Below are positions 38,150 to 53,009 of a DNA stretch of 64,000 nt, piece after piece. A program made the translations under genes and the position numbers. The notes under the pieces were generated by a model. The model did not search any database. It was not told the DNA's origin and saw only the letters and a program-made list of their open reading frames with translations. Each line of letters starts with the position of its first letter. The first letter of the stretch is position 1. Origin of the DNA: Dictyostelium discoideum (taxonomy: Eukaryota); contig CM000154.2 of assembly GCA_000004695.1 (NCBI GenBank), forward strand, positions 4,480,001 through 4,544,000, in the 5' to 3' direction.

Positions 38150-41100
38150 GGAATGGCTCATGTGGTTTTTTTATTTTAATTTCAATAGACCCACACGTCT
38201 CAAAATCATTCACACAATTAGGTCTTTTAAGTTCAACAGGTAAATGTCATACATTTTCATCGGATGCTGATGGTTATGTTCGTTCAGAAGGTGTTGGTAT
38301 CGTTGTATTAAAGAGATTAAAAGATGCAATCAAAGATTCAAATAATATCTATTGTGTAATCAAAGGATCAAGTTCAAATATCGATGGTAACTTTGATAAA
38401 TTAAACTTTTATTCACCATCAAAATAATCAATATCAGATTCATTGATTTGACCATTGGTTGATTTGATTGCTAATTTGATGTGTGAAACTCATGGTACTG
38501 GTACTCCAACTGGTGATCCAATAGAATTAGAAGGTATATCAAGAGTTTTCAATAATACTAAAATACCATCAACAACAACAACAACAACAAATAATAATAA
38601 ACAAGTTTTAGTTGGATCAATTAAATCAAATATTGGACATCTTGAAGGTAAGTTTATTAATTAAAAATTAAGTCTATAAATAACCAAAGTCAATCATTAC
38701 TAACATTAAATATTGTTTATAATTAATAACAGCATGTTCAGGAGTTGCATCATTAATTAAATGTTGTTTAATGTTTAAAAATAAACTATTTCTTCAAAAT
38801 ATTAATTTCAAAGAACCAAATCCATTAATTAATTTTAAAGAATGGGGATTAAAAGTTGTCACTGAACCAATTAAATTTAATGAAAATAAATCAACTGTCA
38901 TGTTACTTAATAACTTTGGTATAACTGGTAAAAATATATAAATTTTATCTTTTTTTTTAAGTTTATAAAATAAATAATTAACATTATATCATTAATTTAG
39001 GTTCAAATGTTTGTTTAATATTATCTGAATTTAAAAATAATAATCATAATGACTATAGTAGTGGAGTCGAAATTAATGAAAGAAAGAAATATTTAATACC
39101 ACTCTCAAGTAATTCATCAACATCATTAAATAATTATAATTAAACATTCAAATTCAAATTCAACCTCATCATCGACAATAACAACAACAAGTTTCAAAGA
39201 ATACATAATCAAATTAAATTCAAATCAACATCATTAATTCAAAAATCAGTTATAATCGCAAGTGATTGGAATGAATTTCAAGATGAAAATAATCAAATCA
39301 AATTAAATAATAGTGATAATTTAATTTCAAATATTACAGTTGAAAAAAAGAAATCACCAATCACAGTAATTGTATTATGTGGTTAAGGTTCACAATATAA
39401 TAAAATGGCATTATCATTATATGATAACGAACCAGTATTTAGAGAATCTGTCAATAGATTCGATAAAGAGTTATTCAAATATTATGGTTATTCAGTTTTA
39501 GATAAATTAAGATCAATTGATGAAGATTTAATATCAATTCATCATCCAATTTTAGCACAACCTGCAAATGTTATCATTCAAGTATCACTTTATGAATTAT
39601 ATAAACATTGGGGTGTTTCAGCAGATATTATCATTGGTCATTCTCTTGGTGAAATATCATCGTCATATTGTTCAGGTATGATTGATTTTCAAACATTATG
39701 CTACTTGACTTACCATAGATCAGTAGCTCAAAATAGAACCATAGGTACAGGTAGAATGTTATCAGTTAATATTAGTTCAGATGAATTCATTAATAAATAT
39801 CAATCTACAACTAGATATAAATCATTAGAAATTGCATGTTACAATTCACCAACATCAATCGTTATCTCAGGTAAAGAAGACTTATTAAATGAAATTACCA
39901 AAGATTTCAAATCAAACGATATCTTTTGTTCAATGTTAGGATTATTATCATCATTTCATACATCAAGTCAACAAATGATTAAAGATGAAGTATGTTCATT
40001 AAATATTTCATCGAAACAACCATCGATAGCAGTATTTTCAACAGTTACAACCAGTTTATTCGATCATCAAACTTCACCGTTCAATGCAGGTTATGCATTT
40101 AATAATATTCGCCAACCAGTTCGTTTCACACAAACAATAACAAATCTTTACAAACATATCGAATCAAATGATATGGGTAATGAAATTACATTCATTGAAG
40201 TTTCACCACATCCAACATTACAATATTACTTAAATCAAATGAAATCAACTCAATCAAGTTACTTTAATAATGGTAAAAACATTACAATCTATTCACCATT
40301 AAATAAAAAGAAGAATGATTATAATGAATTCTTAAAGACAATCTCTTTATTATTTGTCAATAATAATTTTGATATTAATTTCAAATCACAATTAATTAAT
40401 AACAGTATTAACCATACAAACCAATCAAATAATTTACCACTTTACCAATGGGATGATAAAGAATACTTTAAACTAAACTCATCACTTGAAAAGATTAAAA
40501 ATGAAGGTCCATCCATTCACAGTCTTGGTAATAATACAGATTCACCATATCCATCATATCAAACATTTATCGATATCAAGAAATTACCATTCCAATGGTT
40601 AAAAGGTCATCAAGTTAGTGATAAATTCTATTATCCAGGAATGGGATATGTTCACAATTTATTATCAATTTATCCATATCAAGATATTACAATTAGCTCA
40701 TTAGAATTTAAATCACCATTATTATTAACAGAAGGTATTAATCAATGTTTACAAACTACAATTGCACCACTATCAAAGAATGAATTCAATATTAAAAGTC
40801 ATTATAAAGATCAAAAAACAAATCAATGGATATTATCATCTCTTGGTAATTTTAGTTTAACCAAACATAACAGTATCATCATCAACAAATTAATTAATAT
40901 TCAATCATTAAAAGATAAATGCAATTTTACAATCATTCCAAAACAAGATTTTTATGAAACTATTAGAATTAAAGCAAATTTAATATACAAAGGTTTATTT
41001 CAAGGTGTAAAACAATGTCATATCGGTAATAATTGTTCATTAGCAATAGTATCACTAAATGAAATTTATAATCAAAAAGAATATAATCATTTAATTAACA

Positions 41101-42268
41101 ATGGCAATATGAATACATTCTTTAATAGGGCAATTTTAGATACTTGTTTACATGGAGTTTTAGGTGGATTTACAAAACCAGTCGTACTTGATAGAATTGA
41201 AGCTTTCAAATTTTACTCTTCAAATATTCCATTATTAAATGAAAATGACAATAGCAATAATAATGGTATTGTTTTAGATATATTAAAATATTTGGTTAAA
41301 TATTCAAATGATTCAATTGAAAATATAATAATACTTTCAAAATCAAAACTAAAATGGGAATTAGAATTATTAATCAATCAAAGCAAATTTAAAAAAGATA
41401 ATAATATTAAATTCCATTTCTATCAAATCGATATTGAAGATTCAAATAAAGTTAATCAAGTATTAAATCAATTAGAATTAAATGAAAATATTACAAACAT
41501 TGATTCAATCATTCATTTTGCATTTATGAATGATATTGTGATGTTCAACAAATTGATATGAATCGTTTAAATAATACACATGGTGCTAAAACGATTGGAG
41601 CAATTAATCTTCACAATCAATCAATTAATTGTTCATGGAATATCAAACAATTTATAATGGCATCATCAGTAGTTTCAATATTTGGATCAGATCAACAATG
41701 TTGTTATGTTAGTGCATGCAATGTAATCGATTCATTATCAAAGTATAGACATTCAATTGGATTACCATCTTTAGCCATTAATTTAGGTGCGATATCGTCA
41801 ACTGGTTTCATATCACGTAATAATGCAATTGAAACAATGTTTCAGAGTTATTTTTTAAAAATATTCTCACCTCAACATGTTATTAGCTCATTAGATTTAT
41901 TCATTCAAAATCAACATCAATATCCAAATTATTGTGTATCAGATTTCGATTTTGAAATTTTACCATCAACTTTAACAAACCAATACCATTCAAAATTTGA
42001 TTTTGGAATTAAATATTTCGCTGGTGATAATAATAATGGAACTATTCACTCAACAATTTTAAATAAAATCAGTGAATTATTATCAATTGACGAATCTAAA
42101 ATCAATGAAGATTTACAACTCACACAATATGGTATGGATAGTTTAGTAATTGTACAATTAAAGAATTTTATCGATAATCAATTAGGTCATAATATTATCA
42201 CAATTCAACAATTACAAAATAATAAAATCAATCAATCAATTGAAATCATTAAATCAGCTCACAACAAA

Positions 42269-42314
<46 letters not shown>

Positions 42315-42350
42315 GCAATAATAATAGCAATAATGAACTGGTATAAAAAT
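38150..42350 (+). pseudogene. Rearranged PKS pseudogene copy: starts at exon-4 homolog, has a 56-bp micro-inversion in KS, a nonsense codon, an internal ~3 kb deletion removing C-MeT+ER, a frameshift before KR, and truncation after ACP
   Basis: 38425..38480 is the exact reverse complement of the KS segment ATCAAATTAGCAATCAAATCAACCAATGGTCAAATCAATGAATCTGATATTGATTA. TGTGGTTAAGGT at ~39380 (CGQG -> CG*). DH sequence ...[31 protein letters not shown] joins directly to KR. ...MNDIVMFNKLI* versus ...[17 protein letters not shown] (frameshift ~41540). It ends NNELV* at 42346, and homology to A/B is lost at ~42350. Confidence 0.7.
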
Positions 42351-42862
42351 AAAATTTGTGACGAAAAAAAAAATAATAATTCAAATATTAATTTGGTTTC
42401 ACATAGTTGTAAACATAATTAATTTTGTTTTTTAAATAACCACTTTGGGCAATTTATTGTTTATTTCCTTTTATGGATTAAAACTGATATATCAAAAAAA
42501 ATGTTAGCTAAGTAAATATTAAATAAATATTTATTTAATAACAATAATAATAATAATAATAATGTTTAATTAATAATATTACATAATATAATTGAAAAAT
42601 CTTTTTATATTTAATTAATAAATGATTACATTTAATCTCTTTTTATAACTTTTTTTTTTTTTTTTCTATTTGATCTCTTTTTTTATTATAAATTAAATAT
42701 ATGAATGTTTAGTAGTTTGAAATCATAAAACAATTGGGAATTTTCCTATTGTGGTTGAGCATTACGATGTGCTAAAATCCTAAATTATCTATCGATACAA
42801 GATTCACTTAGTTTTTCAAGAATATGAAATATAAAATAATAACAAATGTAATTTTTTTTTAT

Positions 42863-44288
42863 TTAATGATTGTTAATGATATCATTAAAAATCATTGATT
42901 CATTAATTTCCCAATCCTGATGATTATATGAACCAATTGAAATTAATAATTCTTTTGTGCTATTTGACATTTTGAATAAACTATTGATTTTAAAGCTTGT
43001 TAATAATAAATTTTGATTTTTGTGAATGTGGAATGTTGAATATCTTTTTGATGATTTTCCATTTGATTTTGAAACTAATTCAATCCATTCATAGAAATCG
43101 ATTTCTTTACATTTAAAACTATTTTCTAATACCCTATAAAATGATTTCATTTCAATTGAATCACCATTAAAATTATAAATTGAAATTGGTTTTGATTTAT
43201 TTTGATTCCAACTGTTTTCATTGAATATTAAATCGATTGTGGTTTTAGCTATAGTTGTAACTGGAGTTGTGAAAACTGATTTATGAATATTTGGATAATA
43301 ACCAATCTCTTTCGAAGATTTTATTAAAAGTGATATAAAATCATTTGAATGACCTATACCTGTTATTGGATTTGAGAATATATCTATAATTAAAATAGCA
43401 ATGAAAATAGTTATTGGAATATTATATATAAATATATAAGGTTAATACTAAATTAATTGATTGGAATCAATATATATTAATATGCTACATACCAGGTGGT
43501 CTAATAATGATTGATGGTATACCTCTTGATTCTGCTGCGTTTGTTAATAATTTCTCTGAAATAACTTTAGATTGAACATATCCAATTGGCGTAGAATTAT
43601 AACTTGGAACTAAATTTGTTTCTTCGAAATCCTCTTCATCTTTAAAAGGATGATTAATGAATACTGCAAGTGATGAAAAATGAACTATTAATTTTTGTGA
43701 GCTATTATTTGAAACTGATAATTTTATAACTTGATTAACGTTGTTGACATTTACAGTTTTACTTTCTTCATAGTTTGATTTTAAATCTAAATCTGCTGCT
43801 GAATTTATAATAATATCACATTCATTTGATAGTTTTAAATAATCTTGTTCAGTTAAACCAAAATTATCTTTTGAAATATCACCAATCGTTGGAATGATTT
43901 TAATTAATTGATCTTCACTTATTTGGCTATTATTATCACTATTATCACCACTTTCAATATTACTATTTAATCTTTGATTTGGTGATCCTTTGTTCATATT
44001 AATTAATTGGTGTTTCTTTAAATTATTAATAATTACATCGATTGGATTTGTTAATTTTGAATTATTTCTTATTAAACAATAAATTTTTGAGATATTGTTC
44101 ATTTTAATTAATTCTGTTAATAAATATGCACCCAAGAATCCTGTTGAACCTGTTAAGAATATTGATTTACTATTATTATTATTATTTAATATATTTTTAA
44201 TTGAATATGGTCTTGAAATGATTGATTCATTTAATTTAGTTTCATTTTTAATAAATTCATCAAGTGATTGTTGTTCTTTTTTAACTAA

Positions 44289-44356
<68 letters not shown>

Positions 44357-47300
44357 GAGCCGATTTAATAATTTCAATTGATTGATTGATTTTATTATTT
44401 TGTAATTGTTGAATTGTGATAATATTATGACCTAATTGATTATCGATAAAATTCTTTAATTGTACAATCACTAAACTATCCATACCATATTGCGTGAGTT
44501 GAAGGTCTTCATTGATTTTAGATTCATCAATCGATAATAATTCACTTATTTTATTTAAAATTGTTGAACGAATAATTTCATTATTATCACCATTACCACC
44601 AGTGAAAGATTTCATTTGATTTGATTTTTTAACAATATTAATTTCAAAATCAAATTTTGAATGGTATTGATTTGTTAAAGTTGATGGTAAAACTTCAAAA
44701 TTGAAATCTGATAAACAGTAATTTGGATATTGATGTTGATTTTGAATGAATAAATCTAATGAACTAATTACGAGTTGAGGTGAGAATAAATTAAAAATTG
44801 AACTCTTAAACATTGTTTCAATTGCATTATTACGTGATACGAAACCAGTTGATGATATCGCACCTAAATTAATGGCTAAAGATGGTAATCCAATTGAATG
44901 TCTATACTTTGATAATGAATCGATAACACTACATGCACTAACATAACAACATTGTTGATCTGATCCAAATATTGAGACTACTGATGATGCCATTATAAAT
45001 TGTTTGATATTCCATGAACGATTAATTGATTGATTGTGAAGATTAATTGCTCCAATTGTTTTAGCACCATGTGTATTATTTAAACGATTCATATCGACTT
45101 GTTGAACATCACCAATATCATTCATAAATGCAAAATGAATGATTGAATCAATGTTTGTAATATTTTCATTTAATTCTAATTGATTTAATACTTGATTAAC
45201 TTTATTTGAATCTTCAATATCTATTTGATTGAAATGGAATTTAATATTATTATCTTTTTTAAATTTGCTTTGATTGATTAATAATTCTAATTCCCATTTT
45301 AATTTTGATTTTGAAAGTATTATTATATTTTCAATTGAATGGTTTGAATATTTAACCAAATATTTTAATATTTCTAAAACAATACCAGTTTGACCAGTGA
45401 GTAAAATATTTTTACCAATATTTAATTTTGAAATATCATATAAATGTTTCATTATGATATGATTGTTATTACTTTGATAATTATTATAAACTCTATTAAA
45501 TTCATCTTGATTATGATTAACAATGATTTTACCAATATGTTTTCTTTGATTTATATATTCAATTGCATCTTTAAATTGATTATTTGAATATTCAATGATT
45601 GGTACACTTAACTCTAATTTATTTGAATTAATCATTTTGATAATTTTCTTTAAATAGCTTTTGATTAATTTACTAGTGAAATCGACAACTTCTACATTAC
45701 TATATGTCATATTAAATTTGAAATGATTATTTGTCATATAATCATTTGGTGTGAGATGAGTGATACTTAAATCAACGATACGTCCTGATAAATTTAAACA
45801 TTGGAAATTTGAATCCATATACTCTGATGATAATGTATTTAATATTAAATCTACACCTTGTTGTTCAACTTCACCTAATTCCATTAATTTATTCTTTATA
45901 TCTTTGACATAGTTTTTATTACGAGATGAATAGATAGCAGTAATTAATGATCCATATTTCTTTATTAAGTATTCTTCTTTATCTTTTGAACTAACTGTTA
46001 AAAATATATAACCTTGATGTTGTTTACTTTTTAATAAATCTAAAGATGATATACCAATACCACCTGCTGCTGAATGAATTAAAATTGATTCATTTGATTT
46101 TAAATTACCAATACTGTAGATACTATGTAATGATGTAATATAAATAGATGGTATTGATGCTGAAACTGAATGGCTATAATTTAATGGTTTATAATAAATA
46201 GAAGTGAAATCTACAATAACATGTGAACTACTTGCTTTTGAACCAATACCACAAACTTGATCACCAACTTTAAATTTCTTTACATTATTACCTAATCTTG
46301 TAATAATACCACTAAAGTCATTACCAATGTTTGGATTATCAATACCAATACCATTTTCAATTTCATACTCTTTACCATACTTAATATCTAAATCTGAACC
46401 AATCATACCGATATACATTAAATAATCTTTATAATTTATACCAGTTGCCTTAACTTCTATCTCTACTTCATTTGAATTTAATTTAGCTTTTTTACTATAT
46501 AATTGATATTCTAAATTTGAATTTAATTGAATATATAAATTATCTTTATTGGTTTCAAATGATTTAGATTGGAATATACTTTTAATATTATTTGATCTTC
46601 TACAATATCTTTCATAGTATACTTTATTATTATTAATTGTAAATTCTTTTTGAATATTATTATTTGGATTGATTAAATAATTGATTAATGATAATTGTTG
46701 ATTATTTTCAATTGAAATATTATCATAATTTAAAGTTAATAAATCTAATTGTGGGAATTCAACGAAATAACGAGCAGCACCAATAATTGATGATGATAAA
46801 TAATTATCAGTGGTTGAATTTAATGATAATAATAAATGTTTGAAATTATTTGATAATTCTAATTTTAATATTAATTGATTAATTTGAATGTATTCAAATG
46901 TGATCTCTTTGAAATTAAAAGTATTCATTGTTGATTCAATTGATTTTAAAAATATTATTAATGTTTTATTACAATCATCTTTATTTTGATAATTTGTAAT
47001 CCATGATTGAAATTCATTGTAATTACTAATATTAACGATTTTGTGTTTTAATTCTTGATTTAATCTTATTAAATTTTGTATACTACTGCTGCAGATATCA
47101 TTTTTATAACTATTAATATTTCTAATATTATTACTGTTACTACTAAATAAAATAATGTTATTGAAAGAATTTAATTGATCTAATGATATTGATTGTTCTG
47201 AAATGATTTCATTAATTGTTGGTTTTCTAGTTTGAATTAAAAATACTAAATTATCATTACCAGACATTATTGTATCTCTATAATTACATTGATTTAAAAG

Positions 47301-48028
47301 GTTAATCCATTTCTCTTGTTTCATACAACATCTATCAGGTCTTAATTCGATATCACTATCAGAGGATGGCCACCATTGTGAAAAACAACCGAATATCGAA
47401 TCAAAATAAAATGATTTGTATGGTGGTTCTATAAATAAAAGTTGACCATTTGGTGTTAATATATTATGAATTTCATTTAATGTTGGTTTGAGTTTCTTAA
47501 CGACATGCATAACATTTGACATTACAACGAAATCATAATAGGATGCTTTAAGATCTTGATCTAATAATGGTTTCTCTAAGTCTAATACACGATAGATAAT
47601 ATTTAAATTGTTATGATTTGTAAATGATGAGAAATTTTCTTTAATTTCAGCGAAAAATGATGCAGATACATCACTCCATGTAAATTCTATATTAATGATT
47701 GATGTTGTACTATTATCGTTTAATAATTTACAAATCTTTTCTAAAATTAATAAACTAAGACTACCAGTACCGCCACCTGCTTCTAATATACGAAATACAA
47801 TTGGTTCATTTAAAATTGGTTTTAGAGTTTCAACTATAATTTCACTTAATAAATTATTTGATGGTTTAATTACATTTGAATTCTTATAAAATTCATCTAA
47901 ATAACCACTTTCAAATAATGATTGTGGTGTATCTGTAATGGAATCATCATCTTTTAATGGGAATAACTGTTTTGCCATTACTTTAGTTGCTCTAATATAT
48001 AAATTTTCATAATTATTATAACCATTAC

Positions 48029-48080
<52 letters not shown>

Positions 48081-51000
48081 TATATTAGGATTGTTTTGGA
48101 ATTTTTTTAAAACTTCAAAAATGAATTTGAAAAGATTTTCATTTGCTAGACTATTATCATAATATAATTGTTTAAATTGATCATATTCTAATGTTGTTAA
48201 TGATTCTAAATTGATACTTGGACATCTTTTATTAATGTGTTTATAAAATAATGATGGTAATAATCCCTTTGAAATGAATCGATTTCCTTCTTCTTTGACA
48301 CTAAATTCATCTACTCTATATAAATGTTTGAATTGTTCAGGTTTATTGATCATAGAATCTTTTGATTGAAGATATGGTGTATAAATTTCATTTGATGGTG
48401 GTTTACAAATTATAGTACTATCAGGATTGGAGCCAACAATAGTGCAAACTACATTTCCAATATCAACTAATAATGTACCATTTGGAAGTATGATTTTAAT
48501 TGATCCTGAATATGTTTGAGAATTGGTTCTTGCTCTAATTTCAGAGTAAACATATAATTCTTTAATTGTATCATTATTATTGCTATTGTTGTTATTATTA
48601 AATGATGGATAATTTGAAGAGTAAAATTTGAAAGCTTCAATTCTATCAAGTACGATTGGTTGTGTAACTGCAACCAATACTCCATGTAAACAAGTATCTA
48701 AAATTGCTGTATTAAAAAATGTATCCATAATACTATTGTTCAATAAATGATTATATTCTTTTTGATTATAAATTTCATTTAATGATACTATTGTCAATGA
48801 ACAATTACTACCGATATGACATTGTTTTACACCTTGAAATAAACCTTTGTATGTTAAATTTGTTTTAATTCTAATAGTTTCATATAAATCTTGTTTTGAT
48901 ATGCTTGTAAAATTACATTTATCTTTTAATGATTGAATATTAATTGGTTCATTATTTTCAATATTATGTTTGGTTAAACTAAAATTACCAAGAGATGATA
49001 ATATCCATTGATTTGTTTTTTGATCTTTATAATGACTTTTAATATTGAATTCATTCTTTGATAGTGGTGCAATTGTAGTTTGTAAACATTGATTATTACC
49101 TTCTGTTAATACCAATGGTGATTTAAATTCTAATGAGCCAATTGTAATATCTTGATTTGGATAAATTGATAATAAATTGAGAACATATCCCATTCCTGGA
49201 TAATAGAATTTATCACTAACTTGATGACCTTTTAACCATTGGAATGGTAATTTCTTGATATCGATAAATGTTTGATATGATGGATATGGTGAATCTGTAT
49301 TATTACCAAGACTATGAATGGATGGACCTTCATTTTTAATCTTTTCATGAAACGAATTAATTTTAAAGTATTCTTTATCATCCCATTGGTAAAGTGGTAA
49401 ATTATTCAATTGATTTGTATTGTTATTATTGATTAATTGTGATTTGAAATTAATATCAAAATTATTATTGACATATAATAAAGAGATTGTCTTTAAGAAT
49501 TCATTATAATCATTCTTCTTTTTATTTAATGGTGAATAGATTGTAATGTTTTTACCATTATTAAAGTAACTTGATTGAGTTGATTTCATTTGATTTAAGT
49601 AATATTGTAATGTTGGATGTGGTGAAACTTCAATGAATGTAATTTCATTACCCATATCATTTGATTCGATATGTTTGTAAAGATTTGTAATTGTTTGTGT
49701 GAAACGAACTGGTTGGCGAATATTATTAAATACATAATCTGCATTGAATGGTGAGCTTTGATGATTGAATAAATTGGTTGTAACTGTTGAAAATACTGCT
49801 ATCGATGGTTGTTTCGATGAAATATTTAATGAACATACTTCATCTTTAATCATTTGTTGACTTGATGTATGAAATGATGATAATAATCCTAACATTGTAC
49901 AAAAGATATCATTTGATTTGAATTCATTGGTAATTTCATTTAATAAGTCTTCATTACCTGAGATAACGATCGATGTTGGTGAATTGTAACATGCAATTTC
50001 TAATGATTCATATTTAGTTGTAGATTGATATTTATTAATGAATTCATCTGAACTAATATTAACTGATAACATTCTACCTGTACCTATGGTTCTATTTTGA
50101 GCTACTGATCTATGGTAAGTCAAGTAGCATAATGTTTGAAAATCAATTATACCTGAACAATATGACGATGATATTTCACCAAGAGAATGACCAATGATAA
50201 TATCTGCTGAAACACCCCAATGTTTATATAATTCATAAAGTGATACTTGAATGATAACATTTGCAGGTTGTGCTAAAATTGGTTGATGAATTGATATTAA
50301 ATCTTTATCATCAATTGATCTTAATTTATCTAAAACTGAATAACCATAATATTTGAATAACTCTTTATCGAATCTATTGACAGATTCTCTAAATATTGGT
50401 TCATTATCATATAATGACGATGCCATTTTATTATATTGTGAACCTTGACCACATAATACCATTACTGTGATTGGCGATTTCTTTTTTTCAACTGTAATAT
50501 TTGAAATTAAATTATCACTATTTTCTAATTTGATTTGATTATTTTCATCTTGAAATTCATTCCAATCACTTGCGATTATAACTGATTTTTGAATTAATGA
50601 TGTTGATTTGAATTTAATTTGATTATGTACAAATTCTTTAAAACTTGTTGTGGTTGATGATGAATTTGAATGTTTAATTATTGATGATTTATAATTATTT
50701 AATGATGTTGATGAATTACTTGAGAGTGGTATTAAATATTTCTTTTTTTCATTAAATTTATTATCAATTTTGATTTTGTGATAACTATTACTTTTATTAT
50801 AACTAAATTGATTACCATAAAATTCAGATAATATTAAACAAACATTTGAACCTAAATAAAAAACATTATTAAAATATTAATTATTTATTTTATAATAATA
50901 AAATATAATGATATATATTTACCTGTAACACCGAAATTATTAAGTAACATGACAGTTGATTTATTTTCATTAAATTTAATTGGTTCAGTGACAACTTTTA

Positions 51001-52622
51001 ATCCCCATTCTTTAAAATTAATTAATGGATTTGGTTCTTTGAAATTAATATTTTGAAGAAATAGTTTATTTTTAAACATTAAACAACATTTAATTAATGA
51101 TGCAACTCCTGAACATGCTATTATTATTTATTATTATTATTATTATAGATAATATTTAATGTTAGTAGTTAATAATTGACTATAGTTATTTATATTTAAT
51201 TAAATTTAATTAACTTACCTTCAGTATGTCCAATATTTGATTTAATTGATCCAACTAAAACTTGTTTGTTATTATTTATTAATGTAGTTGTTGACGCTTT
51301 ATTATTGAAAACTCTTGATATACCTTCTAATTCTATTGGATCACCAGTTGGAGTACCAGTACCATGAGTTTCACAATAATCAATATCAGATTCATTGATT
51401 TGACCATTGGTTGATTTGATTGCTAATTTGATATTTTCATACTGAGATGATTTTGATGGTGAATAAAAGTTTAATTTATCAAAGTTACCATCGATATTTG
51501 AATTTGATCCTTTGATTACACAATAGATGTTATTTGAATCTTTGATTGCATCTTTTAATTTCTTTAATACAACGATACCAACACCTTCTGAACGAACATA
51601 ACCATCAGCATCCGATGAAAATGTATGACATCTACCTGTTGGACTTAGCATATCTAATTTTGTGAATGATTTTGAAATGTGTGGGTCTTTGAATAAATAA
51701 ATAAAATATCAAATTAATATCTTTTTTTTTTTTTTTTTTTTTTTTTTATCACATACCTAATATAAAATTAACACCACCAACAATTGAAACATTTGATTTA
51801 TTTGATTTAATTGAATTATATCCACAATTAATTGCATTTGACGAACTTGAACAAGCTGTATCAATTGTTAAATTTTCACCTCTATTTTTTAAAATTAATA
51901 TAATAGTTAAAATTATAGTTGTGGTAAAAGAAAAGATAAATCAAAAACATACCTAAAATCAAAGCAATAACCAATTCTATTTGCAATAGAATGAGTTGTG
52001 GAACCAAAAATATTATTTTGAGTTTCCAATGGTGATCTTTGAAGATCATTATAATCAATAGTACTACTACCAATAAATGTACTTGTATTGGTACCACGTA
52101 AACTAATTGGATCAATACCACTATCTTCTAATGCTTCCCATACACCTGTTTGTTGATTTTATTTTAAAAATATAATTAATAAATAAATAAATATAAATAT
52201 CTAAATTTTTTGTGGAAAAGTTCAAAAACACTTAATAAATACATACATTTTAATAATAATCTTTGTTGTGGATCTATTGAACTGACATTATCATTGCTTG
52301 GATTAATTGCAAAGAAGATTGGATCAAATTGTTTCCATTCATCAAGTGGAAGTAAACCAGCAAACTTTGAAACGATTTCACCATTTAAATAATAATTATC
52401 AGACCATCTTTCAGAAGTTGTAACGATTCCATCCAATCCATTCAATAATTCATTAAATAATTGATTTGGTTTTGAAATTGATTCTTTTAAATTACCACTT
52501 GGAAATCTTAAACCAATACCAATCACTGCAACATCACCACTACCATCAACATCATCATAATCATTTCTATCCCTTATTAATTTATTATTATAAGTGCTAT
52601 TATTGTGAATATTTTCTGTCAT
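42863..52622 (-). CDS. Type I iterative polyketide synthase B, near-identical convergent paralog of A; 7 exons on the - strand: 52247..52622 (ATG at 52622), 51953..52145, 51757..51881, 51219..51686, 50923..51117, 43493..50851, 42863..43383; about 3078 aa
   Basis: Same exon/intron structure and phases as A. The long ORF 43485..50462 plus an upstream open frame covers AT through R. Same motifs as A. The first listed M of ORF 52176..52658 is a non-ATG start; the real ATG ([24 protein letters not shown]...) is at 52622. Confidence 0.85.
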
Positions 52623-52743
52623 TTTTTTTCTTTTTTTTCTAAATAAAACAATAAACAAAATTATATAAAAAATTTTAAAGTATTTATAATTTTTTTTTTT
52701 TTTTAATCAAGTTAAATTTTCATTTAATTTTTTTTTTTTTTTT

Positions 52744-53009
52744 ATTAAAATTTAAAAATTTTAATCAGAAAAAATAATAATTGTGTGTGGGGTAACCTAT
52801 TTAAATTTTATTTATTTTGATTCAATTAATTTTTTTTTTTTTTTTTTTAGTGTGTAGACTGACCACATTCACCACTGTTGAAAATGAGATATAAACTGAA
52901 AAAACAATTCAGTCTTTTTAAATTTTACCTGAATAATAAAAACCATTGTTTAAAAACAGGGTGTGGTGGGACGGGTTATTTTTTCTGATTAAAATTTTTA
53001 AATTTTAAT
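52744..53009. repeat. Small element bounded by 34-bp perfect inverted repeats (ATTAAAATTTAAAAATTTTAATCAGAAAAAATAA at 52744..52777; reverse complement at 52976..53009) with a GT/G-rich 198-bp core; MITE-like or hairpin RNA locus about 120 bp upstream of the PKS B start codon
   Basis: Exact 34/34 complementarity checked base by base. Core contains TGTGTGTGGGGTAACC ... GGGTGTGGTGGGACGGG and a second short inverted repeat AGACTG/CAGTCT. Confidence 0.6.
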
